Origin: Ranitomeya imitator
Lineage: Eukaryota
Reading direction: 5' to 3'
Assembly: GCF_032444005.1 (NCBI RefSeq)
Contig: NC_091285.1
Span: forward strand, 413,788,001-413,852,000
DNA: 64,000 bases
Position numbers and translations under genes: made by a program. The notes under the pieces are model-generated. The model saw only the letters and a list, made by a program, of their open reading frames with translations, was not told where the DNA came from and made no database searches. Below are positions 42,310 to 52,476 of this stretch, piece after piece. Position 1 is the first letter of the stretch. Every line of letters begins with the position of its first letter.

Positions 42310-45234
42310 CTACCAATGCGCAACGGCCGCCTGCAGGATACGCCTGCCAAGGGCCGCGTCCGCAGAGGATTGGATATGCACATTGTAATGCTTTGTGAAG
42401 GTATGCAGGCTGGACCACGTTGCGGCCTTGCAAACCTGCTCCGCTGATGCCTGGTGCCGGATGGCCCAGGAAGCACCCATCGACCGAGTGGAGTGAGCTC
42501 TAATCCCCGCCGGGATAGGACTGCCCCTGACCCGATAGGATTCCTGGATAGCAGATCGGATCCATCTAGCTATCGTGGATTTAGACGCCGCCAAACCCTT
42601 TCTGTGACCCTCCAGGAGCACGAAAAGGGCGTCCGATTTTCTGAAGTGTGCCGTCCTGGAAATGTACCTCCTGAGAGCCCGTACCACGTCCAGAGTATGG
42701 AGAGCCTTCTCGACCCTATGTTTAGGCTGCGGACAAAAGGAGGGAAGGATGATGTCCTCGTTAAGGTGGAAAGAGGAGACCACCTTTGGAAGAAACGCGG
42801 GAGAAGGACGTAGGACTACCTTGTCCTGATGAAAGGCAAGGAAAGGTGCCCGACAGGATAGAGCGGCGAGCTCTGAAACCCTTCTGATGGACGTCACCGC
42901 TACCAGGAAGGCAACCTTCCAAGAGAGAACAGAGAGCGGAACGTCTTGAAGGGGTTCGAACGGCGGTTCCTGGAGAGCCCCCAGGACCAAATTGAGATCC
43001 CAGGTCTCCAAAGGCATCCTGTAAGGAGGAACAACATGGGAGACTCCCTGAATGAAAGTCTTGACCTGAAGGTTGGTGGCGATCCTACGCTGGAACAGCA
43101 CGGATAAGGCTGAGATCTGACCTTTAAGAGAGCTCAGGGCCAAACCGGAATCCAGACCGGACTGAAGGAAATTCAGGATACAAGGGATGGAGAAGCTGAG
43201 CGGAGGGAGCCCTCGGAGCCTGCACCAAGAAAAGAAGGTCTTCCAGACGCGGTGGTAGATAGAGGCAGAGGACGCCTTGCGAGCACTTAGCATGGTAGGA
43301 ATGACCTGCTGAGAGAAACCAGCACGAGCTAGAATCCAGGTTTCAACAGCCACGCCGTCAAACGTAGGGCCCCTGAGCTCTGATGGTAGATCGGTCCTTG
43401 GCGAAGTAGGTCTGGGCGGTCTGGCAACCGCAAGGGGACGTCGGCTACGAGCTGAACGAGCTCCGCGTACCAAGCGCGACGAGGCCAGTCTGGGGCGACC
43501 AGAATGACCGGTCCTCCCTCCGTCCTGATCTTTCGGATGACCTTCGGCAGTAAGGGAAGAGGAGGAAACACGTATGGGAGTTGAAAATGATGCCACGGAG
43601 AAATTAGCGCGTCCACTCCAATGGCCTGGGGATCCCGAGATCGAGCGATGAAGTTGTGGACCTTGGCGTTCCATCTGGATGCCATCAGATCCACGTCCGG
43701 GGTCCCCCAGCGAAGACAGATCTGGTGAAAAACTTCTGGGTGAAGTTCCCATTCCCCCGAGGCAAGGCCCTGGCGGCTCAGGGAGTCCGCTGCCCAGTTC
43801 TCGACTCCCGGAATGTGCACCGCCGAGATGATGGAGTGGTTGGTCTCGGCCCAACGAAGGATGAGAGAGACTTCCCTCATCGCCGCCCTGCTGCGGGTAC
43901 CCCCCTGGTGGTTGATGTAAGCCACCGCCGTGACGTTGTCCGATTGGACTCTTATTGGGTGACCCGCAAGCAGAGCGTGGAAGTGAATCAGAGCAAGTCT
44001 GATAGCACGAATCTCCAGAATGTTGATGGGGAGGCTGGATTCCCGAGCAGTCCAACGACCCTGGGCCGAGTGGTGAAGAAACACCGCCCCCCAGCCAAGA
44101 AGACTGGCGTCGGTGGTTACCACTAACCAGCGGAACGGGAGGAAGGACTTCCCCTGGAGAAGAGATGGTCCCAGGGTCCACCAAATGAGAGAATGTCTGA
44201 CCCGAGGAGACAGGGGACAAGGGAGGTCGAGAGAAAAGAGACTCCTGTCCCAGTTGTCCAGCAGAGCCTGTTGTAAGGGGCGGAGATGGAGTTGAGCGAA
44301 GGGAACAGCTTCGATTGCCGCAACCATCTTTCCCAGGATCTTCATGGCGAACCGAATGGTTCGCGGGCGAGGATGGCAGAGTGTACGGACTCCCTGCTGG
44401 AGCGCTTGGACCTTGGACCGAGGAAGCAAAACCAGCCCCCTTGAAGTGTCCAGGATCATTCCCAGAAAGGAGATCCGACGGGAAGGAACGGGAGATGACT
44501 TGTCTAAGTTGATCAGCCAGCCCAGGCGAGAAAGCGAATCCAGGGAAATGTGGACGCTTGACTCGCAGGCCTGAAACGACGGGCCCTTTATGAGGAGATC
44601 GTCTAAGTAAGGTAATACGACGACTCCTCGAGAGTGAAGAATGGCCATGACAGCCGCCATGACCTTGGTGAACACCCTGGGCGCCGTGGCGAGACCGAAG
44701 GGCAAGGCTGTGAACTGAAAATGGTCCTCTCGAATGGCAAAGCGAAGGAACCTCTGATGAGGCGGGAAGATCGGGATGTGAAGATAGGCATCCTTGATGT
44801 CTATCGAGGCCAAAAATTCCCCTCTTTCCATGGAGGAGATGACTGATCTGAGCGATTCCATCCTGAAGTGCCGGACTCTCACGCACCTGTTCAGAAGCTT
44901 CAGATCCAAAATGGGACGAACGGTCCCGTCCTTCTTTGGCACGACGAAGAGGTTTGAGTAGAAGCCTCTGAACCTCTCGTGTTCCGGGACCGGCACGATG
45001 ACCCCGCTCTGGCGGAGGGAGTGGATGGCGCAAAGAAGGGCGCGAGACTGAGCTCCCGAACTGGGAAGACGAGAGGGGAAGAACCGAGTGGGAGGGGGAG
45101 AGGAGAACTCTATCTTGTAGCCAGACGATACCAGATCTCTGACCCATTCGTCGTGAACGACGGAGAGCCAGGCTTGTTGAAAAAGGAGTAGACGACCGCC
45201 TACTCTTCTGGGATCGACTGGCGCTGTTCCCGAG
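42310..45234 (-). CDS. DIRS E long ORF with C-terminal tyrosine recombinase (first ATG 45147)
   Basis: Open from the gag TGA; SIRRVSELAAL, RAHSTRSMGASWA, TWSSLHTFTKHY. Confidence 0.92.
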   Translation of the reverse strand, partial: LGNSASRSQKSRRSSTPFSTSLALRRSRRMGQRSGIVWLQDRVLLSPSHSVLPLSSSQFGSSVSRPSLRHPLPPPERGHRAGPGTREVQRLLLKPLRRAKEGRDRSSHFGSEASEQVRESPALQDGIAQISHLLHGKRGIFGLDRHQGCLSSHPDLPASSEVPSLCHSRGPFSVHSLALRSRHGAQGVHQGHGGCHGHSSLSRSRRITLLRRSPHKGPVVSGLRVKRPHFPGFAFSPGLADQLRQVISRSFPSDLLSGNDPGHFKGAGFASSVQGPSAPAGSPYTLPSSPANHSVRHEDPGKDGCGNRSCSLRSTPSPPLTTGSAGQLGQESLFSRPPLSPVSSGQTFSHLVDPGTISSPGEVLPPVPLVSGNHRRQSSWLGGGVSSPLGPGSLDCSGIQPPHQHSGDSCYQTCSDSLPRSACGSPNKSPIGQRHGGGLHQPPGGYPQQGGDEGSLSHPSLGRDQPLHHLGGAHSGSRELGSGLPEPPGPCLGGMGTSPRSFSPDLSSLGDPGRGSDGIQMERQGPQLHRSISGSPGHWSGRANFSVASFSTPIRVSSSSLTAEGHPKDQDGGRTGHSGRPRLASSRLVRGARSARSRRPLAVARPPRPTSPRTDLPSELRGPTFDGVAVETWILARAGFSQQVIPTMLSARKASSASIYHRVWKTFFSWCRLRGLPPLSFSIPCILNFLQSGLDSGLALSSLKGQISALSVLFQRRIATNLQVKTFIQGVSHVVPPYRMPLETWDLNLVLGALQEPPFEPLQDVPLSVLSWKVAFLVAVTSIRRVSELAALSCRAPFLAFHQDKVVLRPSPAFLPKVVSSFHLNEDIILPSFCPQPKHRVEKALHTLDVVRALRRYISRTAHFRKSDALFVLLEGHRKGLAASKSTIARWIRSAIQESYRVRGSPIPAGIRAHSTRSMGASWAIRHQASAEQVCKAATWSSLHTFTKHYNVHIQSSADAALGRRILQAAVAHW

Positions 45235-45551
45235 TCATTGAGAAGGGAATCTGGGAGGTCTGGAACCTCTGGTTCGGGGCTGCCTCGGTTTCCCGCGCCA
45301 GGAGGGATTAGGTCTGAAGGATGGACGAACGTCTCTGTCTGCGCGGGCGGAGCGGTCCGATCTGGGAAGGCCAGAGGGATTGGACCAGGCAGAGTTGGTA
45401 CGAAAAGGCCGAAAACGAAAGTAAGGCTGGCGCTGGAAAGCCGCCTTGGGCCTCTGTTGGGGAAGAAACTTGCTCTTTCCCCCTGTGGCGTCGGAAATAA
45501 GCTGGTCAAGCTTTTCGCCGAAAAGACGCCCGCTTTGAAAAGGGAGAGAAA
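43329..45551 (-). CDS. DIRS E RT / RNase H / MT frame (translation start uncertain)
   Basis: Uninterrupted; IDIKDAYLH, PFG, YLDD, TTDAS, EIRA, SDN, VDLMAS, YVFPP. Confidence 0.92.
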   Translation of the reverse strand, partial: FLSLFKAGVFSAKSLTSLFPTPQGERASFFPNRGPRRLSSASLTFVFGLFVPTLPGPIPLAFPDRTAPPAQTETFVHPSDLIPPGAGNRGSPEPEVPDLPDSLLNDSGTAPVDPRRVGGRLLLFQQAWLSVVHDEWVRDLVSSGYKIEFSSPPPTRFFPSRLPSSGAQSRALLCAIHSLRQSGVIVPVPEHERFRGFYSNLFVVPKKDGTVRPILDLKLLNRCVRVRHFRMESLRSVISSMERGEFLASIDIKDAYLHIPIFPPHQRFLRFAIREDHFQFTALPFGLATAPRVFTKVMAAVMAILHSRGVVVLPYLDDLLIKGPSFQACESSVHISLDSLSRLGWLINLDKSSPVPSRRISFLGMILDTSRGLVLLPRSKVQALQQGVRTLCHPRPRTIRFAMKILGKMVAAIEAVPFAQLHLRPLQQALLDNWDRSLFSLDLPCPLSPRVRHSLIWWTLGPSLLQGKSFLPFRWLVVTTDASLLGWGAVFLHHSAQGRWTARESSLPINILEIRAIRLALIHFHALLAGHPIRVQSDNVTAVAYINHQGGTRSRAAMREVSLILRWAETNHSIISAVHIPGVENWAADSLSRQGLASGEWELHPEVFHQICLRWGTPDVDLMASRWNAKVHNFIARSRDPQAIGVDALISPWHHFQLPYVFPPLPLLPKVIRKIRTEGGPVILVAPDWPRRAWYAELVQLVADVPLRLPDRPDLLRQGPIYHQSSGALRLTAWLLKPGF

Positions 45552-46713
45552 TCAGGGATTTTTTAGAGGAAGAGTCTGCGCGCCAATCTCTGAGCCAAAG
45601 GGCCCTTCTAATAGCGATGGCGTTGGAAGCCGCCGAAGCAGCGCAATTTGCCGCGTCGAGAGATGCGAACATAACATAATCGCTGGCCATGGCTAGCTGC
45701 TTAGCCAGGTCCGCCATCTCCGAGGGGAGGTCCTGCTCATTAATGGATTTCGCTAGGGCATCCGCCCAGGAAACCATAGCCTTGGACACCCAGGCCGCGG
45801 CGAAGGAGGGAGACAGGGACGAGCCAGAGGCTTCGTACACCGAGCGAGCTAGAGAGTCTATCTGGCGTTCGGTGGGACTCTTAATTGAAGCGCCCTCCGG
45901 GACTGAAAGAAGAGTCTTAGAAGCCAGGCGCGAGACCGGCGGATCTACCGTGGGGGGATCCGTCCAGTCTTTCACGAGATCAGCTGAGAAGGGATACTTG
46001 GAAACCAAGACCTTCTTACCCGTGAAGCGCTTGTCTGGGTGTTCCCTGTGACGCCTGACTATGTCCAGGAAGGCTGGATGAGAGGCAAAAGCTTTGTGAG
46101 AACGCTTGGTTCTGGAAAAGGAGACCGCATGTTCCGGAGCGGAATTAGAATCGTCATCCACCTTTAGTGCGTGATTGACTGCTACGATGAGGGAGTCAAC
46201 CGTGGCTCTGAACTCCGGAGCCTCCGGATCCAAAGAAATTTCAGACTCATGTTCAGAGTCCTGAACGCTTCGAGCCCCCAAAGAGGGTGAGCGAGAGGTG
46301 GAGCTGCCAGAGTCTGAGTGACGAGGAGAACGCTCCGGAGAGGTAGTACGGGTCCGTTTTCTGGACGACCGTGCCTCTTTAAGAGGCGAGCGGCCCCTGC
46401 TGGCCGACGATTCCCCTGCTATGGAGGGATCCCTTAGCACCTGTAGCGGATTGCCCCGTTCCCCGGGAGGATTTTGAATGGACTTGATGGCGTTAGCTAA
46501 AAAATCCACGGACTGAGAAAGCGAGGCGACCCACGGGGGGGGGCTAGGTACTCCAGGGTCGGCGGCGGTGGAGGGCTCCTGGGCACACGGGGCATCGCAG
46601 GCAGAGCAGAGGGGAGAGCTTTGAGGCCTGGGAAGAGGGGCCTGGCAGGTGGTACACGCAGAAAAGAAGGTTGTATGCACCTTAGAAGATTTTTTAGACC
46701 TTGACTGCGACAT
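45235..46713 (-). CDS. DIRS E gag (492 aa)
   Basis: ATG start; CTTC-x12-CSAC finger; RRALWLRDW motif shared with the other gags. Confidence 0.9.
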   Translation of the reverse strand: MSQSRSKKSSKVHTTFFSACTTCQAPLPRPQSSPLCSACDAPCAQEPSTAADPGVPSPPPWVASLSQSVDFLANAIKSIQNPPGERGNPLQVLRDPSIAGESSASRGRSPLKEARSSRKRTRTTSPERSPRHSDSGSSTSRSPSLGARSVQDSEHESEISLDPEAPEFRATVDSLIVAVNHALKVDDDSNSAPEHAVSFSRTKRSHKAFASHPAFLDIVRRHREHPDKRFTGKKVLVSKYPFSADLVKDWTDPPTVDPPVSRLASKTLLSVPEGASIKSPTERQIDSLARSVYEASGSSLSPSFAAAWVSKAMVSWADALAKSINEQDLPSEMADLAKQLAMASDYVMFASLDAANCAASAASNAIAIRRALWLRDWRADSSSKKSLISLPFQSGRLFGEKLDQLISDATGGKSKFLPQQRPKAAFQRQPYFRFRPFRTNSAWSNPSGLPRSDRSARADRDVRPSFRPNPSWRGKPRQPRTRGSRPPRFPSQ

Positions 46714-48553
46714 GATGCTAATGCAGACAAAATTACAGGGTCTATATAGAGGTGACCAGTGACTGAGAGGGCGCTGCAGAGGGGAGCTAACGATGTCTCC
46801 TTACCCCGGTCCTGTGTCCCGCTATCCAGGAGAGACGAACTGCTGGGGTGTTCACTCTGAGAGGAGGAAGCCGGCTGCACGTGGGCCACTGACGCGCCAG
46901 AGATGCGACAGGCAGGAGCTGCGGCGCTGAGGAGAGGGACCAAGATGGCCGCCGAGATCAGGAAGAGAAATCTCGGCGGCTGTGAGAAGCGCCAGGAGCG
47001 GGGGGCGGCGCCACAGACACTGGCTGGAGTGGGCGGAGCTTAGCGGCGGCGACCAGCGGCTAGGCCGAAGCCGGGGACTAAATTTGCGGCCTCGGCCCGG
47101 CGCGCGGTCGCGAGCGCCGGAAAGGGACAGGGACCGCCCAAAAAGCCTGCAGATGGAGCCCAGGGATGAGGAGCCCTCCTGACCGCCGGCGACACCCCCC
47201 CCCCAGTCCCCCCACCGGGCACTTACCCTGAAGATGGAGGTGAGAGGGAACCATGGTGCCATATATAGGAACGGTGCAGGGGTTGGGAAGCCTTCTATCC
47301 ACCTACCCCACATGGGGGGTGGAGAGGAACCGTCCACCACCTGAGTCACAAGTCACATTGGTGATGCAGTGTGGTCTGCACGGACGCCACTGGGATAAAG
47401 CCACTGTACAGCCGAGGGTAGAACCTGGTGGACAGGGCAGATGTCCGGCAATAAAAAGGCCTGGCTGCAGAGGAGGATACTGGAGGTAGGAACACCAGTG
47501 CTCGTCTGTATAAGGGGAGATCGGGGCCCATTAGGGGAGAAACCGTCGCCCAAAAAAAGGACAGCTCAGGCAGTGGCTCCCACGTCGCAGGAGAGGATAC
47601 GGTGAGGTGAAACTCCCGTGCTCGCCTGTTGTTGGTTCGGGGGAGATCGGACCTTAGAAGAATCCGTCGCCCCCTTCGACCGGAATAGATGAAAAAAGAG
47701 AGAAAAAATCAGTGTGCCTCCTACGGACACTAAGCTTAAACTGGGTCTCTGCATGCCAGCATGAGGGTGTATACTGCAGGGGAGGAGCTAACCCTTTTTT
47801 GTCTCAGCTTAGTGTCAGCCTCCTAGTGACAGCAGCATAACCCATGGTCCTGTGTCCCCCAATGAGGCGAAGGAGAAAGTCCCTTTAAAGGATTTAACTA
47901 CTTTGGGATCTCACACTTTGACTTATAAGTGGACCCACTGGCCTACGAAAAGCCAGGCCAAACGTTTGTTTTGTGGGATCCTGGCATGCAAAGTGGGATC
48001 CTATTAAATGTTGCTTTATGCACTAAGTCAGCGGTTAAATAAATGGTCAGCCCCAGTCTAGTGATAGGTACTGTTTAAATCTCTAAAATAAATGTTAAAA
48101 AAATAATTGGCGAACAACTGGACTTAAATGGAGTCACATGAAAAAAAAGTTATGTTAAATCTAACCGTTACAATTTGCTCAGCATAATGTGTTGTTTAGT
48201 GGTGCTTATTAGTCGTCAGGATGCAAAATGGATAGTACACGGACCATTGGTCAGTGTATTTAAAAAATTAAAAATACTAGCCGTATTAGTTTTTGGAATT
48301 AGACTTTTTAATAAAATTCAACAAGTGTGTTACCAAAATAACTATATTATGCAGATATTATCTGTGTGGCAACCATTGTTTTTACAGGCACATTGCTATT
48401 ATTAACATACATAACTACATTTTGGACTTTTATTATATTTTGAATCCTTGATATATAAAGCAGATGACAAACAGACGACATACAGATGGCAAGATGGATG
48501 AAAAATGGACGATTTTTTTTTTTTTATACACTCGTGAACTTATATCACCTCAC

Positions 48554-48745
48554 CTTTTAGAAGTCCTACAGAAGCCTCAGGTGGTAGAGTGAAGGAGTCC
48601 AAAGATTTCGCAATCCCTAGTAGTCCGCTAAAGTGCTGTGCCATGTGGTCTCTACACACAGAACAAATATTCTGGATGGCTTTGGCAGAGGGGGAAGCCA
48701 AGGAAGGCTGACATAAGCCTTTCATTAGGTAAGTTAGCACAGGAT
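48554..48745 (-). CDS. TNPO3: Transportin-3 exon (192 nt)
   Basis: [38 protein letters not shown]...VGLLK; AG/GT ends. Confidence 0.95.
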
Positions 48746-48826
48746 CTAGAACAAGAAAGGTTTCAGACACGGTTACTATTAGTATGTTGAAAACTGATGC
48801 TACAATAAAAGCAGGGAGAAGATAAA

Positions 48827-49370
<544 letters not shown>

Positions 49371-49484
49371 TCATTCCTGAGAACGGCTATGGGTCCCAGT
49401 TATTCCCATGTTGCTCCACACAGCATTAATATACTTTAGCCAGTTTGTTTCTGTATTTTTGGCCAGTCGTCTTGGGATACTTAC

Positions 49485-49576
49485 GGGTCTATACTTTTGG
49501 CAATGGAAGCCATGATGAACAACACGGCCTCCGTGACTTCCCATGGCGGATTACTGTCTTTCAAGGTAGAATACAG
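49485..49576 (-). CDS. TNPO3: Transportin-3 exon (92 nt)
   Basis: [30 protein letters not shown]; AG/GT ends. Confidence 0.95.
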
Positions 49577-51171
49577 CTAGAGATAGAAAAAAAATATGGA
49601 AAAAAATCTATTAAATTAACAGCACGTTCATCCAGAAAGCACAAACCCATAGGCCTCCAACAACGCATGACAGGAGGTACCACATGTAAACATGGCTACT
49701 AACAATAGCCTGGCTTTTCTAATCCTAGGGGCACTTCGTGGTTCTCTCAAGGTGAATAGATCCATAAACAAGAGACAGGTAAAACCAGTCATCTCCTCTA
49801 ACCCTCAGATAAAGCCTGGTCACTGGGTAGACAAAATTTAGATCTAATGAAGTCTGCCAGTCGTAAAAGCATCCATCTGCTCCATGATAGACTTAACCCC
49901 TTAATGACCGCTAATATGCCTTTTTACAGAAGTCATTAGAAGTCTGAGATATAAGGATGTTGTGCTCAATCTGCAGAATTGCAGTGGGTGTCAGATGTAT
50001 ATGCGTGCTGCATTGGCCACAATTTGTGCTAACCCCCTAGATACTGCGGTCAACAGAAATAGCAGCAAGTAAGGATTTACAGCGGAAGGCAGCTCCATCT
50101 TACTGGCCTCTTAGACCCTGCTAGAAGCAATATCCCAAGTGTCAGGGTAACAATGATGGGTGTGATGAACTGCAGTAAAAAAGTATTATAATGCATCAGA
50201 TCAGTGCATGAAATGTTCAAGTCTTATGGGGGGACTAAGTAGAAGAAGAACAGAGAAATAAACCCTGGTTCAATAAAAGTTGAAGAAATATTTGTTAATT
50301 CTGCCTCCCAAAACACAGTGCAAGATTTGGTTTTCATGTATCCTGTACCCTACACTAAGCACTTACATCGGAGTTTCCGTCAGAATCCCCAAATAACAGG
50401 ATTTAGATGAAACCCGCGATGGAACCATTCATGATGAGGCATATGGAGTCACAGGAGGTGTTCGTCTTTATGCACACCTTGGGACAACGCCAAACTGAGT
50501 CCAAAGAAACTACCCTTGCCTCATTATAGTGAATGGTTCCATCAGGGGTTTTGTCTATAGCATCCAATTTATAGTTACAAATCTCCGGAAGCACGAGCCT
50601 CGCCCAAGGCAATGGCACTAAAGTAGCATATTTGCAGCTTGCACTTTGCCACATCCACTCCATGCCTTGGTCTAGAAAAAAAAAAAAGTTTGAGGCCAAA
50701 ATAATTGCACTCAAAGATTCACTGACAAGTGTAGTTTCCAAAATGGCATCACTGGATGGCTTTTCTGCTGTCCTGACATCTTATGGCTCTGGAAAACAGG
50801 ATTGGGGACGAGGGGTGTAAAAGTTTTCCCCACAAACAAAAGTTGATTTAAATCAAAGGATCTTGGAATAATAATTTCCACCATTGGATGTGTTTTAGAA
50901 AAATGTTCCTGTGCCGAGATAATCCTATAAATGTGCCCCTACTGTGCGCTGTGTAATGGCTGTGTCTGACGGTACAGGAACATGGTCTGATCATACCACA
51001 TTTCCTGGGCAGGGGAGGAAGCAAAAGAGTATACAGACAGGACAGCACGAGATCACAGCTGATGCTTTTTTGCGAATAAAACATTTCCCTGCCTTTTTTT
51101 CTAAACAAGGTTTCACCTTGAAGAAAGAATCGGCTGTGATCCAATGCTGCCCTGTCTCCCCGGCCCAGCTG

Positions 51172-51980
51172 AAATCTATCAGTAATTAAAAAGCAATCCT
51201 GACACCTAAAGGTACCGTCACACTAGACGATATCGCTAGCGATCCGTGACATTGCAGCGTCCTCGCTAGCGATATCGTCCAGTGTGACAGGCAGCAGTGA
51301 TCAGGCCCCTGCTGTGCTGTCGCTGGTCGGGGAAGAAAGTCCAGAACTTTATTTGGTCGCTGGACTCCCCGCAGACATCGCTGAATCGGCGTGTGTGACA
51401 CCGATTCAGCGATGTCTTCACTGGTAACCAGGGTAAACATCGGGTAACTAAGCGCAGGGCCGCGCTTAGTAACCCGATGTTTACCCTGGTTACCATCCTA
51501 AAAGTAAAAAAAAACAAACACTACATACTTACCTACCGCTGTCTGTCCTCCAGCGCTGTGCTCTGCACTCCTCCTGCTCTGGCTGTGAGCGTCGGTCAGC
51601 CGGAAAGCAGAGCGGTGACGTCACTGCTCTGCTTTCCGGCCGCTGTGCTCACAGCCAGAGCAGGAGGAGTGCAGAGCACAGCGCTGGAGGACAGACGGCT
51701 GTAGGTAAGTATGTAGTGTTTGTTTTTTTTTACTTTTAGGATGGTAACCAGGGTAAACATCGGGTTACTAAGCGCGGCCCTGCGCTTAGTTACCCGATGT
51801 TTACCCTGGTTACCAGCATCATTGGTCGCTGGAGAGCTGTCTGTGTGACAGCTCTCCAGCGACCAAACAGCGACGCTGCAGCGATCCGGATCGTTGTCGG
51901 TATCGCTGCAGCGTCGCTAAGTGTGACGGTACCTTAAGAGAAAAATATCAGTTCAACTGATAGCCTATAAAAAGAGGTCT
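51172..51980 (+). mobile_element. Short Tc1 fragment split by a MITE
   Basis: CAGCTGAAATCTATCAGTAATTAAAAAGCAATCCTGACACCTAA|GAGAAAAATATC matches 59221-59305 once the MITE is removed. Confidence 0.65.
51210..51934. mobile_element. PIF/Harbinger-like MITE with a 400 bp internal palindrome
   Basis: TIR AGGTACCGTCACAC / GTGTGACGGTACCT; TAA TSD; inverted arms across 51421-51815. Confidence 0.9.
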
Positions 51981-52476
51981 GTACAGGCCCTACCTGAGGA
52001 GTCTCAACCTAATGCCCCCAGAGGGGGATTAGGGAGGGTGCTGCTATGACCTTCAGGGGGCTTCATCCTCGCTTCGACCTCAAACCAGAAACCAAAAGGA
52101 ATTGGGGAAGGAGGGGGGTTCTCGACTTCGAACCAGCACCCGAGGGACTGGGGAAGGAGCGACATAGGGAATAGCCATCTCTACTTCAACTGGGCACCCC
52201 ATAATAGGGGCCGAGGAAGGAGCCATGCCGGGAGTCTCACAGGAGACCCACTTTTCTTCATCTATAATCCGTCGGGAAAAAACGGAGTAAAAAATCTTTG
52301 GTGTGCCTCCTATGCGACACTAAGCAAAAACTGGAGAAGGCTGACGCCGTCCAGGGGTGTATACTGCAGAGGAGGAGCCACAGTTAATCTTTTTCAGATT
52401 ATGCATAGTGTCGCCTCCTAGTGGACAGCAGCATAACACCCATGGTCCTGTGTCCCCCAATGAGGCGACAGAGTAA
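51981..52476 (-). mobile_element. DIRS G: isolated left ITR and leader fragment, E-related family
   Basis: CCATGGTCCTGTGTCCCCCAATGAGGCG and the neighbouring ITR sequence are shared with the left end of E; no ORFs, ICR or right end. Confidence 0.7.

Larger units (their letters stand above)
41848..47878 (-). mobile_element. DIRS1-like retrotransposon E, apparently intact, in a TNPO3 intron
   Basis: Right end and ITR about 41853-42030, ICR 42146-42247, left ITR about 47745-47878. AGAAA at both junctions; three uninterrupted ORFs. Confidence 0.95.
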
